From Alphaproteobacteria bacterium (lineage in GTDB: Bacteria; Pseudomonadota; Alphaproteobacteria; RF32; CAG-239): DNA of 64,000 nucleotides. Where the stretch lies: positions 41,604 through 105,603 of the forward strand of contig JAFTVD010000001.1 of NCBI GenBank assembly GCA_017465945.1, written 5' to 3'. The translations under genes were made by a program, and so were the position numbers. This document shows positions 57,341 to 64,000 of the stretch, in pieces. The stretch's first letter is position 1. Each line of letters starts with the position of its first letter. Under the pieces are notes generated by a model. It searched no databases. It saw nothing but the letters and a program-made list of their open reading frames with translations, and was not told where the DNA came from.

Positions 57341-57430
57341 AAAACATGTTAAATTATTTCAAAGATACTATGTAACAAGGGCTATAAGACCAACTTTCCA
57401 TAATAACTCTAAAATAATTAAACATGTTTT
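57341..57430. repeat. 19-bp inverted repeat (18/19 match) with a 52-bp spacer in a divergent intergenic region
   Basis: The left arm (57341-57359, aaaacatgttaaattattt) pairs with the reverse complement of the right arm (57412-57430, aaaacatgtttaattattt). Each arm contains the palindrome AACATGTT. A partial third site, agcatgtttt, lies at 57452-57461. Confidence 0.8.
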
Positions 57431-57632
57431 ATATTTTAACATTCCAACTATAGCATGTTTTTTTTTATTTTACAAGCTTTTTTTGTCAAAATTTGCCAAA
57501 TAGACTCGAAAAATCAAAATTTTAAACAAAAAGCACTGTATTTTACAAAAAAGCATCTATTTATTAATAAAAAAATATTTACATTATAAGATACTAATGA
57601 TACATTCCTTATAGCAAAAAAAGGATAAATTA

Positions 57633-60600
57633 TTGAGCAAAAAAACTAAAAAATTACGTTTTATTTCATTATTTTGGGATTATGTTAGCGCATTATCCCT
57701 CATTCTACTTTTAATGCTTTTTTGGAAACTGGGAAAAGGCCCAATAGAAGTAAACTTTTTACGCCCATACATAATTCAAGCCCTCACCAACGACACATCA
57801 TCATATGACCTTAATGTTAAATCGGTTAATCTTGAACTAGTACACTCTGTACAACCAATTAAAATTATTGCAAAAGATGTATCATTCAAAGATAAAAATG
57901 ATAATTATGACATTAATGCCCCAAGATTAGCATTATCTTTCTCCACAAGAGCTCTATTAAAAGGATTATTAGCCCCAAGCTCAATAAATATTGAAAATCC
58001 TAAAATAAAAATTACAACTTTTTATAATATAAAAAAAGACACATCAACACCTTCGCAAGATTTAAACGAAATTAATCTAAAAAAATTAGAATTCTATTTT
58101 GAACAATTTGAAGACTTTATGGAGCGCTTTAATTCACCCGAAAAATTATACCTAGAAAGCTTTATCAACCAAATAAATATTTCTAATGCAGAAATATCAA
58201 TGACAGAAGCAGAAATTGGTCGCCAATTTACTTTTATCAATGCTAACTTATCATTCACAAGAGGTCTTACAGATATAAAAATAAAAGCAGACAGCGCTGT
58301 TAAATTTTTAGACCGAGTATCAGGTTTTGATACAAGTTTAAAATATAGATTATTAGACGATGAAATAACATATAAACTAAATTTTTCAGACCTTGTTATA
58401 ACAGATTTATATAATCTAATTGTTCCCATAAAAAAAGATTTACAATTTGTAGATATTCCCATAAACGGACAAATTGGTGCTGTTATTGATTTTGGTAACG
58501 TATTAAAAAATAAAGATTCATTTGCTGATAATATCGGCTCCAACATAAAGGAAATCAATTTTTCTATTGAAGGTGGAAATGGTAAAATTGGCTTTTCAGA
58601 TGATAAAAGTTTTGATTACAATGTATCATCATTTAATCTAAATGGTAGTTTGCATGGCCAGTTTGATAAAGTAGATATTAAAGATGCCTCATTTGATTTT
58701 AATGGCAAAAAAGCAATTCTAAGCCTTTCTGCCACAGGATTTAAAGAATATTTCCTAAAAAATAACTTAAAAGATTTTAAATTAAAATTTGGCGCAAAAC
58801 TTGGCGCTTTTGATATGAATGAATTATCCCACTTATGGCCAAAATACTTAGGTGAAAAAGCTTGGTCTTGGTGCAAAGAAAGTTTATATGGTGGTTCAAT
58901 ATCTAATGGAGATTTTATCTTTGAATTTGGATTTGATGAAAACAAAAACTCTTTCACATTACTAAATCTTACCGGAAAAGCAGAAATAAATGATGCTAAC
59001 ATTCACTATCTAGAGGGAATGCCAATCATCAAAAATGTATACGGAACAGCTATATTTTCCCCAAATAGAATAGAGATTTTAGTAGATAAAGGTGTATCAG
59101 ATAATGTAATTCTAACTGATGGAAACATTATTCTCTATGATTTAGATAAATATGATAACTTTATAAAAATTGACTTAAAAGGCAATTCAACAATCACAGA
59201 TGCACTAAAACTCATAGACAACGAACCATTAGGTTTTACCAAAGAAATGGGCGTAAATCCAGAATTAGTAAGCGGTGATGTTGATATAGACCTAAAATTA
59301 GATTTTGAATTAAAATCAAATTTATCACCAGAGGAGATAAAAGTAGAAGTTAATGGCAACCTAAAACAAGTAGAATATCTAGGTTTAAACGATAACAAAA
59401 CTTTCACAGCTGATGAATTAACATTACACGTAACAGATAAAGGATTTGAGCTAAAAGGCATAGCAAAATATCAAGATATTCCATTAAACCTAGCCTTAAA
59501 TGAAGATTTCAATGAAAAGAAACATAAAAGCAAAATAACTGCCGAAATAAAACTAGATGATAGCATATTAAAAAAATTAGGCATAGATGCAAGCATTTTA
59601 TCAGCCCCTTATTTCACAGGATCATCTGAAATAAAAGCCACAATAACATTTTTAAATAACGGACAAATAGAACTTTTTGTTGATGGCTCTCTAAAAGACA
59701 CAGCTATCGATTACGCATTTTTAGGATTTGCTAAAAGCAAAGGGGAACCATGCCATGCCAAAGCAAAACTAATAATTAACGATAACAAGATAATAAATAT
59801 ACCTGATTTTTCACTAATAAAGTCAGAATTTAAAGCTTCCGGCAATATAAAAATGAACGAAAAAGGATTAATAAAACTTATAGACGTAACACAAATAAAA
59901 TCACCCAAAACATTTGCTAAAGCTAAAGTTGAATTTTTCTACCAACCAAACCTAAAACTAAAAGCAACTGTTAACGGGGATTCATTTGATTTAACAGACT
60001 TCTTTGACAAGAAAAAAACATCAACCAAAGAGACATTAAAAAAGAAAGAAAAAAGCCTAAAAGACCCATTAGAAGACGTTATGGATACAGATATAGTAAT
60101 AGGGGTGAATAAATTATGGACCAATGAAACAACACCTATAACAAATTTTGCCGGAAAAGCAGAATTAAGAAATGGTATTGGCGTACATCGCATAAACATG
60201 ATTGGCAATTACGCACACAGCCGTGACGTAAAAATGAAATTAGACTTCGAGCCAAGAGGACAAGAATATGTTCTAACCATCGATTCGAATAATGCAGGCG
60301 CAACCCTAAAAGTATTGCGATTATACGAAAATATGAAAGGCGGAAACTTAAAAATTGAAGCCAAAAGAGATAAATATAAAAACTTCAAAGGGCACGCAAA
60401 AATGCGAGATTTCTCACTATCAAACACTCCAATTTTTGCAAAACTATTAAGTGTCGCATCACTTACGGGTATTGTTGATATGTTAACTGGAGAAGGTTTA
60501 AGATTTACCCACCTAAATGCACCCTTTAGTTATACTTTTTCAACTAAAAATTTAGAAACAAAAGACGCAAGAATGTTTGGTCCTGTATTAGGTATAAATT

Positions 60601-60851
60601 TAAGCGGAACATATAACCTTGTTGATGAATTGATAGATGCCACAGGAATGGTTATTCCGGCATATGGTCTAAATACATTTATAGGAAACATACCTATCGT
60701 TGGTAAAATACTAGCAGGAAAAGACGGCTCAGTATTTGCCACCAATTATAGTGTAAGCGGAAATACCGAAAAACCTGTCATTACTATTAATCCGCTTTCT
60801 ACATTAGCACCAAATTCAGTAAAAGAACTTTTTTCTACAGGAGAACAATAA
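57633..60851 (+). CDS. YhdP/AsmA-like (DUF3971-type) giant envelope protein
   Basis: TTG start 7 nt after AAGGA. N-terminal TM anchor, ~1,000 aa of beta-rich sequence, and an AsmA-like C-terminus (IPIVGKILAGKDGSVFATNYSVSGNTEKPVITINPLS). Confidence 0.8.
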   Translation: MSKKTKKLRFISLFWDYVSALSLILLLMLFWKLGKGPIEVNFLRPYIIQALTNDTSSYDLNVKSVNLELVHSVQPIKIIAKDVSFKDKNDNYDINAPRLALSFSTRALLKGLLAPSSINIENPKIKITTFYNIKKDTSTPSQDLNEINLKKLEFYFEQFEDFMERFNSPEKLYLESFINQINISNAEISMTEAEIGRQFTFINANLSFTRGLTDIKIKADSAVKFLDRVSGFDTSLKYRLLDDEITYKLNFSDLVITDLYNLIVPIKKDLQFVDIPINGQIGAVIDFGNVLKNKDSFADNIGSNIKEINFSIEGGNGKIGFSDDKSFDYNVSSFNLNGSLHGQFDKVDIKDASFDFNGKKAILSLSATGFKEYFLKNNLKDFKLKFGAKLGAFDMNELSHLWPKYLGEKAWSWCKESLYGGSISNGDFIFEFGFDENKNSFTLLNLTGKAEINDANIHYLEGMPIIKNVYGTAIFSPNRIEILVDKGVSDNVILTDGNIILYDLDKYDNFIKIDLKGNSTITDALKLIDNEPLGFTKEMGVNPELVSGDVDIDLKLDFELKSNLSPEEIKVEVNGNLKQVEYLGLNDNKTFTADELTLHVTDKGFELKGIAKYQDIPLNLALNEDFNEKKHKSKITAEIKLDDSILKKLGIDASILSAPYFTGSSEIKATITFLNNGQIELFVDGSLKDTAIDYAFLGFAKSKGEPCHAKAKLIINDNKIINIPDFSLIKSEFKASGNIKMNEKGLIKLIDVTQIKSPKTFAKAKVEFFYQPNLKLKATVNGDSFDLTDFFDKKKTSTKETLKKKEKSLKDPLEDVMDTDIVIGVNKLWTNETTPITNFAGKAELRNGIGVHRINMIGNYAHSRDVKMKLDFEPRGQEYVLTIDSNNAGATLKVLRLYENMKGGNLKIEAKRDKYKNFKGHAKMRDFSLSNTPIFAKLLSVASLTGIVDMLTGEGLRFTHLNAPFSYTFSTKNLETKDARMFGPVLGINLSGTYNLVDELIDATGMVIPAYGLNTFIGNIPIVGKILAGKDGSVFATNYSVSGNTEKPVITINPLSTLAPNSVKELFSTGEQ

Positions 60852-61324
60852 TGTTAAACAAAATAGGAATCGACTTTCATGGAGTTATTTCAAGCTTTCC
60901 AGAAATATTTAAAGAATTTTGTAAGGAAATAAGAAAATGTGGAATACAAGTTTATATAATAAGCGGAGGTCCAGAAAAAAAGATAATCTCATATCTACAC
61001 CAACATCACATAGAATACGACCATGTATGGGGAATACTAGATTATTATGAACAAAAAGGTCATGTGTCATATTTTGATGATGGAAGTTTTCAAGTTGCAA
61101 CAGAATTATGGAATAGAGCAAAAGCCGAATATTGTGCAAAAGAAAATATAGAGTTTCATATAGACGATTCTAACATATATGGTAAATACTTTGTAACCCC
61201 CTATTGTAAATACGATATAAATAACGGTGTTTGTGAATTAAATTCTGGTCTGCAAATAGACTTCAAAGACCCAATAAAAGCAGCCGATGAAGTTGCAAAA
61301 TTTATTCTAAATAATACCAAGTAA
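60851..61324 (+). CDS. Small HAD-like hydrolase (putative)
   Basis: The start overlaps the upstream stop (TAATG). IGIDFHGVI (motif-I-like, second Asp replaced by His), IISGG, HIDDS (motif-IV-like). Confidence 0.5.
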   Translation: MLNKIGIDFHGVISSFPEIFKEFCKEIRKCGIQVYIISGGPEKKIISYLHQHHIEYDHVWGILDYYEQKGHVSYFDDGSFQVATELWNRAKAEYCAKENIEFHIDDSNIYGKYFVTPYCKYDINNGVCELNSGLQIDFKDPIKAADEVAKFILNNTK

Positions 61325-61331
61325 AAAAAAA

Positions 61332-61352
61332 AGCTCTCTTAAAAAGAGAGCT
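61332..61352. terminator. Bidirectional terminator
   Basis: aaaaaaaaAGCTCTCTT-aaa-AAGAGAGCTttttttt. Confidence 0.75.
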
Positions 61353-61361
61353 TTTTTTACA

Positions 61362-62420
61362 TTAATCTGCAAGAGCTGGTAATGGTTTATAATATTTATA
61401 CCACAACCTTTGCAACATGTAGAACATTTCTGTTTTTGGAACAACTGTACCCAATGGTTTTTTAGATGATGCAAAATGAATAATTGTTGCTCCATCAAAA
61501 ACATCTTCATACGATTCCCAATTTCTACCGTAAAATTCTGCTAAAACTTTTAACTCATTATGGTCAAAAAAGAAATTCATAGTGTTATTCTCAACATCAA
61601 GTAAACTCACATCATTCCCAACCACAACATTAAAAGCATCTTGATCCATATATGTACGGAAATTATTATTTGTATATTCTTCTAACTTAAGAAGTAATCC
61701 ATCATTTCTAATTTTTGCTAAGTTCATAAGCATCACACCAGAGTTAAAATAAAATCCTCTTTCTTCAAGATTTAACTCAACAACATGACCATTTTCAAAA
61801 AACCAAGATGGATCTTTTACTGCTGCCAAATACTTATCATCAATATTTGTTTGATACAAACTATTCAAATCATGCAAAATCAAAATATCACTATCAACAT
61901 ATAATACTTTATCTTTATTTTTCAAAACTTCTGCAATGTAATATTTTAATAAAGATGTTTTAGATACGTGTGTATCCCTGATATAGAATAAATCAATTTC
62001 TTTTTGAGGTAAAACAGATACACTAACATTCTCACCTTCTAATGCTTTTAACGCACTAACATCATTTTCAGAAACATCTAATGTCATAACATGAAAGTTA
62101 TATTTACTCTCTTTACACTTTGTTTCTTTAGCTGAATTAATTGCAACCCTAGTAAAATCCATATAATTAGCATCTGTAATCAATACAACATCAACTTCAC
62201 CATTAACCCCTTCACAATTTTGAGGTGTTAATGGCAAATCAAAATCATACTCTTTCTGTTGAGTTCTTGCTTCATTATGCGTTTTAATATCTTGAGCGTA
62301 CATTTGACTTTGTTTATTTGCTTCTTGTTTTTCAATATATGAAGCCAAAACTAATAAACCAACAACAATAGCAATCATAACATCAGCTACAATCACCCAT
62401 TTCATTCCTTTATCTTTCAT
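61362..62420 (-). CDS. Family 8 glycosyltransferase with an N-terminal TM anchor
   Basis: VVLITDANYMDFTRVAINSA, DxD in LYVDSDILILHDL, FNSGVMLMNL. AGGAG RBS. Confidence 0.85.
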   Translation of the reverse strand: MKDKGMKWVIVADVMIAIVVGLLVLASYIEKQEANKQSQMYAQDIKTHNEARTQQKEYDFDLPLTPQNCEGVNGEVDVVLITDANYMDFTRVAINSAKETKCKESKYNFHVMTLDVSENDVSALKALEGENVSVSVLPQKEIDLFYIRDTHVSKTSLLKYYIAEVLKNKDKVLYVDSDILILHDLNSLYQTNIDDKYLAAVKDPSWFFENGHVVELNLEERGFYFNSGVMLMNLAKIRNDGLLLKLEEYTNNNFRTYMDQDAFNVVVGNDVSLLDVENNTMNFFFDHNELKVLAEFYGRNWESYEDVFDGATIIHFASSKKPLGTVVPKTEMFYMLQRLWYKYYKPLPALAD

Positions 62421-62494
62421 AATAAACTCCTAAATCTAAAATTATGAGTTAATAGTAGTAAAAACATGTAAAAATATAGTTAATTAAAAAAAAT

Positions 62495-62517
62495 ATGGGG
62501 CAGGAAAACTACCCCAT
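62495..62517 (-). terminator. adhE intrinsic terminator
   Basis: Minus sense: ATGGGGTAG-ttttc-CTGCCCCAT followed by ATTTTTTTT. Confidence 0.6.
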
Positions 62518-62539
62518 ACTTAGCTATTTTTACCAATAA

Positions 62540-64000
62540 TTACAAATCAAAATCTGTAACACCTTCAAATGCCAATTCATAAAGTTTTTTAATTTCTTTA
62601 ATCAATGGATATCTTGGGTTACTACCTGTACATTGGTCATCAAAAGCAAGAGCTGGTAATGTTTCCATAGCTTTCTTAAAGTCTGCTTCAGTATATTCAC
62701 CACGAATAGCAAACCATTCTCTAATAGAAGAAGGAATACCAACTTTTTTCTTCAACTCTTCAACACCTTTGATTAAAGCTGTAACTTTATCATCATCTGT
62801 TTTTCCTTTGAAACCCATCGCCAAAGCATATTCAGCATACATAGCTTTTGCATTTGGGAATTTATATTGAGGAAATGCACATTGTTTAGTTGGTTTATCT
62901 GTCGCATTATAACGTATAACTTGAGAGATAAGAAGCGCATTAGCCACACCATGAGGAATATTAAATGCAACACCCAATTTGTGAGCCATAGAATGGCACA
63001 CTCCTAAAAACGCATTTGCAAATGCCATACCAGCTATTGTAGATGCAGCGTGCATTCTTTCTCTAGCATAGGCATCTGCTGTTGCATATGATGTTGGTAA
63101 ATAATCAAATACCAACTTACCTGCTTCAACAGATAAACCTCTTGTATATTCTGTAGCCATTGATGACACATATGACTCTATTGCATGAGTAAATACGTCA
63201 ATACCAGAAGCAGCACACAATCCCTTTGGCATAGATAATACTAATTGACTATCAACAATCGCCATATTTGGTGTTAAAGCATAATCTGCAATCGCATATT
63301 TAACCCCTTCATTATCATCAGTAATAATAGAGAAAGGTGTAACTTCAGAACCTGTACCAGAGGTTGTTGGAATAGCAACCATATATGCTTTCTCTCCTAA
63401 TTGAGGGAATTCAAATATACGTTTACGAATATCCATGAATCTCATAGCCAAATCTTCAAACTTAAGCTCTGGATGTTCATACATTAACCACAAAATTTTA
63501 GCAGCATCAATCGGTGAACCACCACCAAGAGCAATAATAATATCAGGCTCAAATGACGATAAGTTTTCAATCGCCATATTAACTGTTGTTAAATCAGGAT
63601 CAGGATGAACATCTGAGAAAATCTTATAAGTAATACCAATTTCATCTAAAACATCAGTAACTCTCTTAGTATATCCTAAATCAAACAAAGGCTTATCTGT
63701 TACAATAAATGCACGTTTTTTACCCTTTAATTCTTTTAACGCTAAACTTAAACATCCTGGTTTGAAATAAATTTTTGGTGGAACTCTAAACCATAACATA
63801 TTTTCTTCGCGTTTTGCTACACTTTTAATATTCATCAGATGTTTTACTCCTACGTTTTCACTAACTGAGTTACCGCCCCAAGAACCACAACCTAAAGTAA
63901 GTGATGGCTCTAATCTAAAGTTATAAATATCACCAATAGCACCTTGTGATGATGGACAGTTAATCATAACACGACCTGTAATCATCAAGTGACCATAATA
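62540..64000 (-). CDS. adhE: Bifunctional aldehyde-alcohol dehydrogenase AdhE, C-terminal (Fe-ADH) part; the 5' end lies outside the window
   Basis: The frame is open to the window edge (YYGH precedes the ORF-track TTG). INCPSSQGAIGDIYNF..PSLTLGCGSWGGNSVSENVG is the AdhE inter-domain linker, followed by an iron-ADH domain (GGGSPIDAAK, HSMAHKLG). Confidence 0.92.
   Translation of the reverse strand, partial: YYGHLMITGRVMINCPSSQGAIGDIYNFRLEPSLTLGCGSWGGNSVSENVGVKHLMNIKSVAKREENMLWFRVPPKIYFKPGCLSLALKELKGKKRAFIVTDKPLFDLGYTKRVTDVLDEIGITYKIFSDVHPDPDLTTVNMAIENLSSFEPDIIIALGGGSPIDAAKILWLMYEHPELKFEDLAMRFMDIRKRIFEFPQLGEKAYMVAIPTTSGTGSEVTPFSIITDDNEGVKYAIADYALTPNMAIVDSQLVLSMPKGLCAASGIDVFTHAIESYVSSMATEYTRGLSVEAGKLVFDYLPTSYATADAYARERMHAASTIAGMAFANAFLGVCHSMAHKLGVAFNIPHGVANALLISQVIRYNATDKPTKQCAFPQYKFPNAKAMYAEYALAMGFKGKTDDDKVTALIKGVEELKKKVGIPSSIREWFAIRGEYTEADFKKAMETLPALAFDDQCTGSNPRYPLIKEIKKLYELAFEGVTDFDL

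Noticed and set aside
58094-60745. A ladder of 65-154-aa ORFs antisense to the yhdP/AsmA-like gene (58094..58558, 58616..59002, 59135..59461, 59711..59908, 59939..60208, 60209..60427, 60530..60745).
   Set aside because: All lie in one antisense frame of a well-supported long CDS. They have no RBS and encode low-complexity S/F/I/N-rich sequence. This is the typical stop-poor shadow frame of an AT-rich gene.
1-64000. Scan for CRISPR arrays, IS elements or transposases, integrases, phage modules, toxin-antitoxin pairs, reverse transcriptases and known defence-system enzymes.
   Set aside because: None of the translated ORFs shows the hallmark motifs. No regularly spaced direct repeats were seen in the intergenic regions I read. 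An exhaustive repeat search could not be run by eye.

Overview
AT-rich chromosomal segment, roughly 30% GC by eye (hand counts of single 60-nt lines range from 23% to 47%). It holds about 55 protein genes and 2 tRNA-Leu genes. I saw no rRNA, transposase, integrase, CRISPR array or phage genes. All calls come from reading the translations and DNA by eye; no database search was possible.

Lineage: a clear CtrA-type response regulator and the acpP-fabF-mltG gene order point to an alphaproteobacterium. AdhE, L-lactate dehydrogenase, an Fe/Mn SOD and many eukaryote-like repeat proteins suggest a host-associated, fermentative lifestyle.

Layout:
- 1-13 kb: surface and host-interaction block. Two paralogous autotransporters (one 1,915 aa with an ankyrin-like N-terminal module), a MORN-repeat protein, and an ankyrin lipoprotein behind a leader-ORF/terminator.
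- 13-22 kb: envelope and housekeeping genes (DUF2339, SOD, ctrA, NSS transporter, SPFH, DsbD).
- 22-28 kb: a self-contained two-gene operon whose second gene encodes a ~1,320-aa protein with a canonical prepilin N-terminus.
- 29-43 kb: lysS, comM/yifB, an 809-aa cysteine-rich protein with a degenerate trypsin-like domain, tRNA-Leu, a TPR-methyltransferase, ldh and acpP-fabF-mltG.
- 43-53 kb: glycan-biosynthesis genes, tRNA-Leu, corA and uvrB.
- 53-64 kb: DUF1015, gpt, a DsbA-like protein, a beta-barrel OMP, a YhdP/AsmA-like giant protein, GT8 and the 3' part of adhE.

Best candidate for something undescribed: the giant prepilin-like protein operon (22654..27575), which has no pilus machinery nearby.

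Secondary candidates:
- the Cys-rich pseudo-protease;
- a pair of hairpins with covarying stems and a conserved 12-nt loop flanking the NSS transporter gene;
- a 19-bp inverted repeat in the OMP/yhdP-like divergent region;
- a structured ~190-nt RNA-like region after mltG;
- a leader-ORF attenuator in front of the ankyrin lipoprotein gene.
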